Positions 47,642 through 58,294 of a stretch of 64,000 bases of DNA are shown here, piece after piece. Source of the stretch: Candidatus Omnitrophota bacterium (GTDB lineage Bacteria > Omnitrophota > Gorgyraeia > Pluralincolimonadales > Pluralincolimonadaceae); contig PLNR01000009.1 in assembly GCA_003141835.1 (NCBI GenBank), positions 136,307 through 200,306 on the forward strand. The letters are read 5' to 3'. Within the stretch, counting starts at the first letter, position 1. Each line of letters begins with the position of its first letter. The position numbers and the translations under genes were made by a program. The notes under the pieces are model-generated. The model did no database searches. It was not told the DNA's origin and saw only the letters and a list, made by a program, of their open reading frames with translations.

Positions 47642-49329
47642 CTGAACTTCAAATCTTTAAGTTGCAGTTGTATTGACTCCTGCCCCTGCCACACATTTAT
47701 CGAAGGCGTAAAAGCGAGATCGAAGACCAGCGAGGCGGAATCGAGTTTATAATCAAGGGCTTTCTTGAAACCGACCGCCTCGTAAGTCAGTTCCCCGTCC
47801 GTAACCCAGATCTTGAGCGTATTATAGTTTAGTATCTTCGGCTTCGCTTTAAGCGATAGCCCCTTTACCGCGAATACGGGCTTGCGGTTACCCACCCCGA
47901 ACGGCTCAAGCAATTCCAATTCTTTGAGGAATTTCCTCGTGATATCCTTAAGGGATATCCACGCGTCTATCTCGAGCCGCGGGACCAGGTCCAGGGGCCC
48001 GAGGACCTCGTGCGCCACGGCGTTCAAGCTGTCGCGGAAAGCGTCTATATTATCCCTGGAGATGGTTATGCCGGCCGCGTGCTCGTGCCCGCCGAACTCG
48101 ATCAGGTGCTCCTTGCATTTCGAGAGCGCCTCGAAAAGATGGAAATTCCTTATCGAACGCCCCGAGCCTTTCCCCCGGCCGAGGCCGTTTTCGTCAAAAG
48201 CCACAAGTATCGTAGGCCTGTAGAATTTTTCGACTATGCGCGAGGCGACTATCCCTATCACGCCTGGATGCCATTTATCGCCGTGGAGGACTATGACCCT
48301 GTGCTCCTTAAAATTCACTTCGCGCTCGACTTTCGAGACCGCCTCTTTAAGTATCGCCGCCTCCATCGCCTGCCGTTCGCGGTTGCTCTTATCAAGTTCC
48401 TCGGCAAGTTTCTTTCCCTCTTCCTTATCATCCGTCAGGAGCAGTTTGAGCGAATGCATCGACGAATTCATCCTGCCCGAGGCATTCAGCCGCGGCCCCA
48501 GGATGAATCCCACCGTCTCGGTATAAAATTCCTTCTTCTTCCCTATACCGGCGACTTCCATGAGCGCCCTTAAGCCCGCCCTCTGCGTCGTCGCGAGATA
48601 TTTCAGGCCGTGTTTAACGAGCACCCTGTTCTCCCCGGTGAGAGGCGCGACATCCGATATCGTCCCGAGCGCAACCAGGTCCAGGTCCTCTTCCCTGCTC
48701 CAGCCTAATGCCTGCGCCAATTTATAGACAAGGCCAACGCTGGCGAGATGTTTGTAGGGATAGCCGGAGCCCTGTACGAACGGGTCTAGAATCGCTAATG
48801 ACTCAGGCAGGTGGTCCTTTACGGGCTGGTGGTGGTCGACGATTATGGAATCGATGTGATGTTTATTTAAGAAATCTACCTCTTCGGCGGCGGTAATGCC
48901 GCAGTCGACCGCGATGACAAGTTTCGCGCCGTCCTTGCGCGCGCTCTCAAGCGCGCCGAGATTAAGGCCGTATCCCTCCTTTACGCGGTCAGGGATATAA
49001 TTATGCGCGTGGGCGCCGTATCTTTTCAGCGTCGTATATAACAACGCCGTGGCGGTCAGGCCGTCGACGTCGTAATCGCCGTAAACGAGGATGCGCTCTT
49101 TATTATCTATTGCAGACCTTATCCGGGCAACCGCTTTCTCCATGTCCTTGAAAAGGAAAGGGTCATGGAGTGACGGGAGGTCGCATGTGAGGAAATCACG
49201 GGCTTCCTGCGGGTTCCTTACCCCCCTTTTTGTGAGCAGGCAGGCGAGGACAGGCGAGATACCGAGGGCCTCGGCAAGGCCGGGGGCGGCGCTGTCGTCT
49301 AACGATTCTACTTCCCACGCCTTTTGCAT
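47638..49329 (-). CDS. recJ: single-stranded-DNA-specific exonuclease RecJ
   Basis: 563 aa with DHH and DHHA1 domains. Confidence 0.9.
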   Translation of the reverse strand: MQKAWEVESLDDSAAPGLAEALGISPVLACLLTKRGVRNPQEARDFLTCDLPSLHDPFLFKDMEKAVARIRSAIDNKERILVYGDYDVDGLTATALLYTTLKRYGAHAHNYIPDRVKEGYGLNLGALESARKDGAKLVIAVDCGITAAEEVDFLNKHHIDSIIVDHHQPVKDHLPESLAILDPFVQGSGYPYKHLASVGLVYKLAQALGWSREEDLDLVALGTISDVAPLTGENRVLVKHGLKYLATTQRAGLRALMEVAGIGKKKEFYTETVGFILGPRLNASGRMNSSMHSLKLLLTDDKEEGKKLAEELDKSNRERQAMEAAILKEAVSKVEREVNFKEHRVIVLHGDKWHPGVIGIVASRIVEKFYRPTILVAFDENGLGRGKGSGRSIRNFHLFEALSKCKEHLIEFGGHEHAAGITISRDNIDAFRDSLNAVAHEVLGPLDLVPRLEIDAWISLKDITRKFLKELELLEPFGVGNRKPVFAVKGLSLKAKPKILNYNTLKIWVTDGELTYEAVGFKKALDYKLDSASLVFDLAFTPSINVWQGQESIQLQLKDLKFS

Positions 49330-49330
49330 A

Positions 49331-50197
49331 TCAGGCGGGCTCTATATGGACGATGACGTCTTTGGTCCCCGGGAACCTTTCGCGGAGGCGTTTTTCTATC
49401 GCGGTTGAAAGCTCGTGCGCTTTACCTACTGGCATGTTCTTGTCCACGGTAACGTGAAGATCCACGTGGATGTCATCCTGGCGGCCGCGCGTCCTTATCC
49501 TATGGCAACCGACTATCTCTTTCAGATCGGAAAGGGCCGCGCAGATCTCCTGCACGTCGATGACGGCGTAATCGGTAAGGACCCTCGAGCTGTGCTTGAG
49601 TATCCCTACGCCTATGTAGGCGATGAACAGGGATATGATTATGCCGGCGATGACATCTATTATCGGCAGGCCCATCTTGACGCTTACAAGGCTCACGATG
49701 ACCATGATCGAGGTGAAGATGTCCGAACCGGTGTGCAGGGAATCGGCAACGAGGAAATCGCTTCCGAGCTCTTTGCCTTTTTTGTATTCATACCTCATCA
49801 CGCCGACATTCACGGCCAGGGTCACGCCCATCACGATGAAGCTGCCAAGGTTGGCAACGGGATTGATAAGTTCCTGGTGAGAAAGCTTGTGTATGGACGC
49901 TTTGATAAGCTCGAACGAGATGAGGAAAAGCGCCATGGCTATAGCCATAGACGCGAGCGTCTCGTATTTCCCGTGGCCGTAAGGGTGCCCCGCGTCCCTC
50001 GGCCGGGAGGCGACCGCTATTCCTATCAGGCCGATGATATTAGACGACCCGTCCGAGAGCGAATGGAAACCGTCGGCCGACATGGCCAGCGATTGCGTCA
50101 TGAGGCCGTACACTATCTTGGCCGCGGCTACTCCCCAGTTGAGGACGAGTATCCACAAAAGGATCTTTCTTATCTGTACGTACTTGTTATTTCCCAA
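49331..50197 (-). CDS. cation diffusion facilitator family transporter
   Basis: 288 aa with six transmembrane helices and a C-terminal cytoplasmic domain. Confidence 0.85.
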   Translation of the reverse strand: MGNNKYVQIRKILLWILVLNWGVAAAKIVYGLMTQSLAMSADGFHSLSDGSSNIIGLIGIAVASRPRDAGHPYGHGKYETLASMAIAMALFLISFELIKASIHKLSHQELINPVANLGSFIVMGVTLAVNVGVMRYEYKKGKELGSDFLVADSLHTGSDIFTSIMVIVSLVSVKMGLPIIDVIAGIIISLFIAYIGVGILKHSSRVLTDYAVIDVQEICAALSDLKEIVGCHRIRTRGRQDDIHVDLHVTVDKNMPVGKAHELSTAIEKRLRERFPGTKDVIVHIEPA

Positions 50198-52430
50198 TTA
50201 CCTTTTTCCTCGGCTGGAACGCCAATACTAGCGGGCTCGTGATATAAACGGTCGAATAGACGCCCAGGAAGAAGCCCACCAGCAGGGCGAACGAGAAGTT
50301 GCTCAAGACTTCGCCGCCCCATGTGTATATGGCGAATACCGTAAGCAGCGTAACGCCCGTGGTCAACACTGTCCTCGAGAGCGTTTGGTTGACGCTTAAG
50401 TTTATAAGCTCATAAAGGCTGAGCTTGCGGTTCAGCGGCCTGTTCTCCCTGACGCGGTCATACACGACGATCGTATCGCTTATGGAATAACCGGCGATGG
50501 TAAGGAGCGCCGTGACGCTCAACAGGTCTATCGGTATCTTCGCCATGGCCATGATACCCAGCGTAAGCAAGACATCATGGAAGATGCCGATGACGCCTGC
50601 AAGAGCGAAGTTAAAGTCCTTGAACCTGAACGCTATGTAGATCAGGATGCCGATCAGCGACCCGATTATAGCGTATATGGCCTTCGCCCTCAGCTGCTGT
50701 CCGGCGACAGGCCCGACGTGCTCCGTCTTAAGGACCTGTATCTCCTGGTCCGGGAATTTCTGCTTTAGTTTATCGGTGATCAGTTTATTCTTGTCGATGG
50801 CGGTCCTGATAAGGAGGACGCGCGGGTTCTCCTTGAACTGCTGTATCTGCGCGTTGCCGAGTTTCAGTTCATCAAGGGCTTTGCGCACTTCATCCATAGG
50901 CGGCTGGGTCTTGAACATATACTCCTGAAGCTCGCCTCCGACAAAATCTATGCCATAGGCCCTCTCCCCTTTCGAGAAGAACGAGAATAGGCCTACCGCG
51001 ATCAATATCACCGATATCGAAAAGAATATGAACCTGCCGCGGATAAAATCGATCTTCGTGTTCCTAAAGAGGTGCAGCATCGGCAGGGATTTGACCCATC
51101 CCTTATCCATCAGGAATTCCAATACGATGCGAGTAACGATAATGGCGGTAAACAAGCTCGATACGACGCCGATTATCAATGTGACAGCGAAACCCCTGAT
51201 CGGGCCGGTGCCGAACTGGAAGAGCAGGACCGCCGCGATGAGGTTCGTGACATGCGAGTCGAGGATGGCGCTGAACGCGCGGTTATAACCGTGGTCGACC
51301 GCCATGCGGAGCGACCTGCCTAGGTTCAACTCCTCCCTTATGCGCTCGTTTATCAGGACGTTCGCGTCGATAGCCATACCTAATGACAACGCGATACCCG
51401 CGATGCCCGGCAACGTTAACGTCGCCGATACGCCGGGGAAGAGGTAAGGCAGGATCGACATCGAGCCGAGTATGATAAGGAAGTTGAGTATAAGCGCTAT
51501 ATCCGATATAAGGCCGGATAAAAGATAATAAACGGCCATGAAAACGATCACAAATATGATACCGATAAGCGTTGCCTTTATGCCTTTATTGATCGAGTCC
51601 TGTCCCAATAACGGGCCGACCGTCCTCTCCTCCTCGATAGACATGGGAGCCGGCAGCGCGCCGACCCTCAAGACCGTGGAGAGGTCTTTCGCCTGGTCTA
51701 TGTTAAACCTTCCCGTTATAGACGCCTGCCCTGACGGGATGGGCTCGTTGATATTAGGGGCAGACTGCACTTTTCCGTCCAGAATAATGGCCAGCCGCCT
51801 GCCGACGTTCTCGCTCGTTATCCTGGCAAATTTCTTGGCCCCTTCGGAGTTGAACTCCAGGCTTACGCCGGGTTCGTTGAACTTGTTCGTGTCGAAATGT
51901 ATCGCGGCGTTCGTTATCGCCTCGCCGGTCATGAGGACCTGTTTCTCTAAAAGTATGGGTTCGTTATCTTCGGAGTATTTAAGCTCATAACCGTCCGGCA
52001 CGTTGCCGCCTATCGCCTGTTTCAATTTATCCGGTTCGTTGGCCACGAGCTTGAACTCGAGCATAGCGGTCTGGCCGATGATGCTCAATGCGCGTTCACG
52101 GTCTGTTACGCCGGGCAACTGGACTACTATCTCATCCGTCCCCTGCCTCTGGATGGCCGGCTCCCTGACGCCGAACTGGTCTATCCTGTTCCTTAAAACC
52201 TCTATCGCCCTGTCGGCCGCGTCATTCTTTGAGCTGGCAGGCAGCTTGCTGGTATCCACCTTGAGCAAAAGATGCATGCCGCCCTGGAGGTCGAGGCCTA
52301 ATTTTATCTTGCCTTCCCTTATGACCTTGCCGTCCTTGTCCTTGATGTCAAACGGCGGATATATGACCCAAAGGCATGCCGCCGCCAAACCGAGTATCGC
52401 TAATATCTGCCAGGCTTGTCCTCTCTTCAT
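50187..52430 (-). CDS. secDF: protein translocase subunit SecDF (fused)
   Basis: 747 aa with 12 transmembrane helices and periplasmic domains. Confidence 0.9.
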   Translation of the reverse strand: MKRGQAWQILAILGLAAACLWVIYPPFDIKDKDGKVIREGKIKLGLDLQGGMHLLLKVDTSKLPASSKNDAADRAIEVLRNRIDQFGVREPAIQRQGTDEIVVQLPGVTDRERALSIIGQTAMLEFKLVANEPDKLKQAIGGNVPDGYELKYSEDNEPILLEKQVLMTGEAITNAAIHFDTNKFNEPGVSLEFNSEGAKKFARITSENVGRRLAIILDGKVQSAPNINEPIPSGQASITGRFNIDQAKDLSTVLRVGALPAPMSIEEERTVGPLLGQDSINKGIKATLIGIIFVIVFMAVYYLLSGLISDIALILNFLIILGSMSILPYLFPGVSATLTLPGIAGIALSLGMAIDANVLINERIREELNLGRSLRMAVDHGYNRAFSAILDSHVTNLIAAVLLFQFGTGPIRGFAVTLIIGVVSSLFTAIIVTRIVLEFLMDKGWVKSLPMLHLFRNTKIDFIRGRFIFFSISVILIAVGLFSFFSKGERAYGIDFVGGELQEYMFKTQPPMDEVRKALDELKLGNAQIQQFKENPRVLLIRTAIDKNKLITDKLKQKFPDQEIQVLKTEHVGPVAGQQLRAKAIYAIIGSLIGILIYIAFRFKDFNFALAGVIGIFHDVLLTLGIMAMAKIPIDLLSVTALLTIAGYSISDTIVVYDRVRENRPLNRKLSLYELINLSVNQTLSRTVLTTGVTLLTVFAIYTWGGEVLSNFSFALLVGFFLGVYSTVYITSPLVLAFQPRKKVIGK

Positions 52431-52720
52431 TTCTCCTCTCCTGTCCTCTTCTTGGTTGTAAAGGCGATCGCGTATTTTTCGACTTCGACCTTGGTATTAT
52501 CGTCAATACGCAGCACCACCGACGTATCTTTCACGTTGATAACGGTGCCGTGTATGCCGCCGCTCGTGACGACCTCATCGTTCTTGGCGAGAGCCTTGAG
52601 CATCCCCTCGTGCTCTTTCTTCTGTTTCTGCTGGGGCTTTATGAGCAGGAAATAAAATACCACAAATATGAGGATCAGTGGTAAAAAACTTATTATCGGG
52701 TTTGCGCTTTGCTGGTCCAT
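52427..52720 (-). CDS. yajC: preprotein translocase subunit YajC
   Basis: A 97-aa single-TM protein directly upstream of secDF. Confidence 0.88.
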   Translation of the reverse strand: MDQQSANPIISFLPLILIFVVFYFLLIKPQQKQKKEHEGMLKALAKNDEVVTSGGIHGTVINVKDTSVVLRIDDNTKVEVEKYAIAFTTKKRTGEEK

Positions 52721-52734
52721 TGTCTTCCCTTTCT

Positions 52735-53877
52735 TTAAGTTGTTACTTTCTCTTTGGTTTCGTACCTCTCCGTAAAATCAGCCCTGAGCTTCACGAACTT
52801 CCCGTCCTTTATCGCCTGCCTCATCTTCTTCATGAGGCTTTGGTAAAAATATATGTTGTGGAGCGACACCAGTTTCAAACCGAGGATCTCGTCGGTATTG
52901 AAGAGGTGCCTGATATAGCTCTTCGTGTGGTTCCTGCAGGCGTAGCACCCGCACCCTTCTTCTATCGGCCCCAGGTCCTTAGAGTTTACCGCCGTCCTGA
53001 CCGAGAAGCGCCCATTCGAAGTAAAAGCGGTCCCGTTCCTGCCGTTCCTCGTAGGGACCACGCAATCAAACATATCAATTCCCAAAGATACCGCGTCGAA
53101 GAGGTCCTGCGGCTCTCCGACGCCCATAAGGTAGCGCGGCTTATCCTCAGGAAGGAGCTCAACCGTAAATTCCGTCATCTCGTTGGTGATCTCGCGCGGC
53201 TCGCCGACGGCGAGGCCGCCCAGCGCGTAACCGTCAAAATCCATCTTCACCAGCATCTTCGCGCAATCTTCCCTCAGGTCCTTATACGAAGCGCCCTGCA
53301 CTATGCCGAACAAGCATTGCTTCTTATTCGGCCTGAAACCAAAATCCTTTTCGAGCCGCTCCCTGGAATGCCTCGCCCAATCGAGGGTCCTTACGACCGC
53401 GCGCTTCGCCATCTCGTATTCGCAGGGGTAATGTACGCACTCGTCAAGCACCATCATTATATCACTTCCGAGGCTTGTCTGGAACTCCAGCATCTTCTCC
53501 GGGGTGAGCATATGCCTCGAGCCGTCTATATGCGACTGGAACTCGACGCCCTCGTCGCTCACTTTACGCAGCAACGCAAGGCTGAAGACCTGGAACCCTC
53601 CCGAGTCCGTAAGTATGGGCTTATCCCAATTCATGAATTTATGCAGCCCGCCCGCGTTTTTTATTATCTCTTCCCCGGGCCGCAGGTAGAGGTGGTACGC
53701 GTTCGACAAAAGTATCTGCACGCCGCAATCATCGAGCTCGTTATTCGAGAGGGTCTTTACCGTCGCCTGCGTCCCGACCGGCATGAACGCGGGGGTATCG
53801 AATTCGCCGTGCGATGTCTTTACCCTTCCCGCACGGGCCTTCGTCCCCTTATCCTTCGCGATTATCTCTATTTTCAT
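52735..53877 (-). CDS. tgt: queuine tRNA-ribosyltransferase
   Basis: 380 aa with a TIM barrel and a zinc site (CxCxxC...H). Confidence 0.92.
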   Translation of the reverse strand: MKIEIIAKDKGTKARAGRVKTSHGEFDTPAFMPVGTQATVKTLSNNELDDCGVQILLSNAYHLYLRPGEEIIKNAGGLHKFMNWDKPILTDSGGFQVFSLALLRKVSDEGVEFQSHIDGSRHMLTPEKMLEFQTSLGSDIMMVLDECVHYPCEYEMAKRAVVRTLDWARHSRERLEKDFGFRPNKKQCLFGIVQGASYKDLREDCAKMLVKMDFDGYALGGLAVGEPREITNEMTEFTVELLPEDKPRYLMGVGEPQDLFDAVSLGIDMFDCVVPTRNGRNGTAFTSNGRFSVRTAVNSKDLGPIEEGCGCYACRNHTKSYIRHLFNTDEILGLKLVSLHNIYFYQSLMKKMRQAIKDGKFVKLRADFTERYETKEKVTT

Positions 53878-54917
53878 ATTATCAGCATCGAGTCGCCGTA
53901 ACTGTAAAACCGGTACTTCTCTTTTACGGCCTCCTCATAGGCCTGGAACAGGACTTCCTTGCCGCAGAAAGCCGCGACCAGCATGAGCAGCGTCGTCTTA
54001 GGCAGGTGGAAATTCGTGACCAGCGCGTCGACAAACTTGAAATTATACGGCGGGTATATGAAAAGCCCGGTCCATCCCTTCCCCTTCTCTACGCGATTCT
54101 CGGAACCCTTGACGAGCCGAGCCTGGTTCTCCAGCACCCTGCAGGTGGTCGTCCCGACCGCGAATATCTTCCCGCCTTTTTCTTTCACGCCGTTCACCCT
54201 CAGCGCAGCCTCTTCCTTCAATTCAAAAACCTCGGGTTCTAACTTATGCTTCGTTACGTCGTCTGCCGAAACGGGCTTGAACGTCCCGTACCCGACGTGC
54301 AGGGTTACCGACTCGACCGATGCGCCCTTTGCCTTGATATTTTTTAATACCTCATCGCTGAAATGCAGTCCGGCGGTCGGGGCCGCGACAGCTCCCGGCG
54401 ACCTGGCATAGACGGTCTGGTACCTCTCCTCGTCGGCTTTTTCCGGCGGGCGCTTTATATAAGGCGGCAACGGCACGATGCCTATCTTATCCAATATGGC
54501 ACTGAAATCGGCGCCGTTTATGCTGAATTCGATAAGCCTTATCCCCTCGCTCTCGCCGCGGATGACGCCGGTAAGCTCGCCGTCCCCGAACGTGAATTTC
54601 GTGCCTACCTTTATTTTCGTGGAAGTGTCTATCAGGCACTTATAGAGCCTGTCGCTCATCTTCTCTATAAGCGTTATCTCGGCCTTCGCGGCGGTATCGG
54701 CCCTCTTCGCCGGGAGCCTCGCCTTTATGACCTTCGTGTCGTTGACGACAAGGCAGTCGGCCGGCCCGATATAATCGGCCAGATCGCGGAAATTCCTGTG
54801 CTCTATCTTCTTCGATATCTTATGCACTACCATCAGCCGCGAGGCGTCCCGCGCCTTCGCGGGATATTGCGCGATCAGCTCCTCAGGGAGCTTATAATCG
54901 AATTCGCTCAGTCTCAT
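53874..54917 (-). CDS. queA: S-adenosylmethionine:tRNA ribosyltransferase-isomerase
   Basis: 347 aa of the QueA family. Confidence 0.92.
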   Translation of the reverse strand: MRLSEFDYKLPEELIAQYPAKARDASRLMVVHKISKKIEHRNFRDLADYIGPADCLVVNDTKVIKARLPAKRADTAAKAEITLIEKMSDRLYKCLIDTSTKIKVGTKFTFGDGELTGVIRGESEGIRLIEFSINGADFSAILDKIGIVPLPPYIKRPPEKADEERYQTVYARSPGAVAAPTAGLHFSDEVLKNIKAKGASVESVTLHVGYGTFKPVSADDVTKHKLEPEVFELKEEAALRVNGVKEKGGKIFAVGTTTCRVLENQARLVKGSENRVEKGKGWTGLFIYPPYNFKFVDALVTNFHLPKTTLLMLVAAFCGKEVLFQAYEEAVKEKYRFYSYGDSMLII

Positions 54918-56086
54918 CTGGCATCCTTATAGTCGGTTATCTTTGAGCCCGGATAATAAAATTCAAGTATCTCGGACGCATTCTTCCCGGCGCGCGACAT
55001 GTAATAAGCGCCCCACTGGCACATGCCCACGCCGTGCCCCCAACCCAGTCCCTCGAAGGCCACATATTCCCCTACCAATGTGACCTTGAAATTCGTGCTC
55101 CTTACGATATCGGCCCCTATTATCCGCCTGAAATCCTTGGCGAGGATGACCGACTCCCCTTTATCGCCTTTGATCTTTAATTCCAATATCCGCGCCGAGA
55201 AAGGGTCCCTTTTTGTTGTCTCAAACCCGATTATATCGCCCACCGAATAACCGGCGGCGGCAAGTTTCTCTTCTGTCTCTGTTACCGACAACCATTTCTC
55301 CCAGTTGAAGTGCGGGGATTTCCTGCACCACCTGCACTTGACCCCTTTCAGGGGAGGAAGGTCTATATTCCAAAGGTAAGCGGCATCGAACGTGCTGCCG
55401 CCGCATGTGGCGTGGAAGAATGCCGGGAATACCGCCCCGTCATATGTCAGGACCTTGTCCCTGGTCTCGTCCACTGCCCTGTTAGTGCGCCACTTCTCGG
55501 AAAAGATCCCCCCGTAGACCTGGGAGCCCACATCCGCCGTGACGTCGTAATCTTTCGCCTTCGATTCGTTTATCTGGTTAAGCGCGTAAGTCCTCGCAGC
55601 TATCGCCTGGGCCTTGAGCGACTCCATCGGCCACCACGTCGAGACCTCATTGCGCATGACCCCGTAGAGATATTCCTCGATGTCGACCGCGTTTACGACG
55701 GTCAGTTTATTGCCGTCCTTAAAAACCCTTATTTCGCCCCTGAATATGCGCCCGTTTATATAGACACGCGAGCCGCCTACCGGCTCGACCGAGATCGCGC
55801 TGGCGTTGAGCTCTTTCCCGTCCAGCTTGAACCCTGTCTCAGTTGCGGTCAAGTCGGTTTCGGACAGGTACTTCTCCTCCAGGATGACGCTTTTGGAGAG
55901 ATAGTCTATTATTTTGAAATTCCCCGCGATGAATATCTTTACCGAATCGGCGCCTTTCGCGACCGCGACGCGGACGAGGATGGGCTCCCTCGGGGCCGCG
56001 GGATCCTGGGCGCAGGGGCATATAGGCGTGATAACGACGGATATAGCCGCGCAGATCATCAAGAAACTGAGGCGGGTTCGCATCAC
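54914..56086 (-). CDS. SpoIID/LytB domain protein (putative amidase activator or lytic transglycosylase)
   Basis: 390 aa with a signal peptide and the SpoIID/LytB domain (AQAIAARTYALNQ). Confidence 0.8.
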   Translation of the reverse strand: MMRTRLSFLMICAAISVVITPICPCAQDPAAPREPILVRVAVAKGADSVKIFIAGNFKIIDYLSKSVILEEKYLSETDLTATETGFKLDGKELNASAISVEPVGGSRVYINGRIFRGEIRVFKDGNKLTVVNAVDIEEYLYGVMRNEVSTWWPMESLKAQAIAARTYALNQINESKAKDYDVTADVGSQVYGGIFSEKWRTNRAVDETRDKVLTYDGAVFPAFFHATCGGSTFDAAYLWNIDLPPLKGVKCRWCRKSPHFNWEKWLSVTETEEKLAAAGYSVGDIIGFETTKRDPFSARILELKIKGDKGESVILAKDFRRIIGADIVRSTNFKVTLVGEYVAFEGLGWGHGVGMCQWGAYYMSRAGKNASEILEFYYPGSKITDYKDAR

Positions 56087-56089
56087 TCT

Positions 56090-57142
56090 CTAAAAAAGCT
56101 CCTTCTGTGTCTCTTTTGCCGAAGGGGCTTTGAAATGTTCGTACGCCAGCTTGGTCGCTTCCCTGCCGCGCGGGGTGCGTTTCAAAAGGCCCACCTTCAA
56201 AAGGAACGGTTCGACCACGTCCGAGATCGTATCGGCTTCTTCGTTCAAAGTGGCAGCAAGGGATTCTATGCCGACGGGCCCGCCGCTATACGTATCTATA
56301 ATTGCTTTCATGACTTTCCTGTCGAGCGCGTCGAGGCCCATCTCGTCGATGCCGAGCATCGCCAGGGCCTTGTCTACAATCCCCCTGTCGACCTTGCCGT
56401 CATTCTTTACCTCGGCGTAATCCCTCACCCTGCGCAGGAGCCTGTTTGCGATGCGAGGAGTACCTCTGGCACGACGAGCGATCTCGGCAGCTGAATCCTT
56501 GTCCAACTCTATCTTGAGTATCTTAGCGGAGCGCTTGATTATCTGCACCAGCTCCTCGGCCGCATAAAAATCGAGGTTGTAGAGCATTCCGAACCTGCTG
56601 CGCATCGGGGCGCTCAATAGCCCGGAGCGGGTAGTCGCACCGATGAGCGTGAACGGTTTCAAATTGAATTTTATCGTCTTGGCGTAGGGGCCCTTGTCGA
56701 TGACGAAATCTATCTGGTAATTCTCCATCGCCGGATACAGGAATTCCTCAACGATCTTCGAGAGGCGGTGGATCTCGTCTATGAAAAGGATATCGCCTTC
56801 GCCGAGGTTTGTAAGGATTCCTATGAGGTCGCCGGCCTTCGCGATCGCCGGCCCGGATGTGGCGGTTATCTTCGTCCCCATCTCGCCGGCTATTATATGG
56901 GCAAGCGTGGTCTTGCCGAGGCCGGGCGGCCCGGAGAATAGCACGTGCTCGAGCGGCTCTTTCCTCTTCTTTGCGGCCGATACTGCGATGAGCAGGTTAT
57001 CGACGACCGCCTTCTGCCCGACGAACTCAGAGACCTTCGCGGGGCGCAGGGAAAGGTTCAATATTATATCTTCCTCTGTCTCCTGGATGAAGACGAGTTT
57101 TTCCCGCAGCTGCCCTTCTTTGCCTTTTTTCTCTTCGTTCAT
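56090..57142 (-). CDS. ruvB: Holliday junction branch migration helicase RuvB
   Basis: GPPGLGKTT and AAA+ fold. Confidence 0.93.
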   Translation of the reverse strand: MNEEKKGKEGQLREKLVFIQETEEDIILNLSLRPAKVSEFVGQKAVVDNLLIAVSAAKKRKEPLEHVLFSGPPGLGKTTLAHIIAGEMGTKITATSGPAIAKAGDLIGILTNLGEGDILFIDEIHRLSKIVEEFLYPAMENYQIDFVIDKGPYAKTIKFNLKPFTLIGATTRSGLLSAPMRSRFGMLYNLDFYAAEELVQIIKRSAKILKIELDKDSAAEIARRARGTPRIANRLLRRVRDYAEVKNDGKVDRGIVDKALAMLGIDEMGLDALDRKVMKAIIDTYSGGPVGIESLAATLNEEADTISDVVEPFLLKVGLLKRTPRGREATKLAYEHFKAPSAKETQKELF

Positions 57143-57771
57143 TTGGAATGTTTCTTGTTTTTATAGACTTCGTTTAACAGGTCTTCCGCGGTCTTGATCC
57201 CCGGCGAGCGCTCGAGCGCCTTCTGTATCATCTCTTTGGCTTCCGGCTTCTTGTACTGCAATTGCAGCAATATCTCGACCGCTTCTTCGACAAAATCCGC
57301 CTCCTTCGCGACCGTTATCTCTACGCCGTATTCCTGTATCAGCCCGAATTTCCCGAGCTTGTTCTGGAGCTTGGCGACGATCTCCTTGGCGCGCTGTTCC
57401 CCGATGCCGGGCAGGGATTTGAGCGCGGCGAGGTCGCCGTCGGCTATCGCCTTCACTACCTGCGGTATCGATGCATTCAACGCCCTGACCGCGGCTTTGG
57501 GCCCGATGCCGGAAACGGTGATGAACTTCTCGAAAAATTCTTTCTCTATTTCGTTCAGGAAACCTATGAGGACGGGTATGCTGCGGGCGGGATCCGTATG
57601 GTGGTAATGGTACGTTATAAGTTTGATGGAGCCGTCCGGGGAGATATTGGCGTCGATCGATTTCATGACGCAGCCCGGGATCAATACTTCATAAGAGAAG
57701 CCGCCGTCTACGTCGATGATGAGGGACGAGCTCTTGCGTTTGGCTATCTTGCCGCGGATATGAGATATCAT
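57139..57771 (-). CDS. ruvA: Holliday junction DNA helicase RuvA
   Basis: 210 aa with HhH motifs. Confidence 0.9.
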   Translation of the reverse strand: MISHIRGKIAKRKSSSLIIDVDGGFSYEVLIPGCVMKSIDANISPDGSIKLITYHYHHTDPARSIPVLIGFLNEIEKEFFEKFITVSGIGPKAAVRALNASIPQVVKAIADGDLAALKSLPGIGEQRAKEIVAKLQNKLGKFGLIQEYGVEITVAKEADFVEEAVEILLQLQYKKPEAKEMIQKALERSPGIKTAEDLLNEVYKNKKHSK

Positions 57772-57796
57772 CCTATTAACCTGCTCGCTGAGGATA

Positions 57797-58294
57797 TCAT
57801 CTTGACCTGGTTATCCCGTCCATCCGGGAGATGTGTGCGTGTGCGACCGCGAGCGCCAGGGCGTCGGAGATATCAGGCGGATTCGGGGCCGATTTCATAT
57901 TGAAAAGGTTTTGTATCATGCGCTGCATCTGGTATTTGCTAGCGTGCCCCGCGCCTGTGACCGCCTTTTTTACGCGCGTCGCCGAATATCCGACTAGTTC
58001 CGTCCCGGTCTCTTTCGCCAGGAGGCATATCGCGCCGCGGGCGTGGCCCATGAGTATGGATGTTACCGGGTGTTTGTAATGGGAATATAGCTGCTCCAGG
58101 ACCAGCACGTCCGGCTTAGATTCCTTGACGAGGCTTTTTATCCCGTCATATATCTTTTCTATCCTCGCCTCGACCTTCTCTTTCGCCGAGGTCCTCACGA
58201 CACCCGCTTCAATGAGCTTTATTCCTTTCGGCCCGGCCTCTATAAGGCCATAACCGGTAATGCACAGACCTGGGTCGATACCCAGTATCTTCAT
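57797..58294 (-). CDS. ruvC: crossover junction endodeoxyribonuclease RuvC
   Basis: 165 aa beginning ILGIDPG. Confidence 0.9.
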   Translation of the reverse strand: MKILGIDPGLCITGYGLIEAGPKGIKLIEAGVVRTSAKEKVEARIEKIYDGIKSLVKESKPDVLVLEQLYSHYKHPVTSILMGHARGAICLLAKETGTELVGYSATRVKKAVTGAGHASKYQMQRMIQNLFNMKSAPNPPDISDALALAVAHAHISRMDGITRSR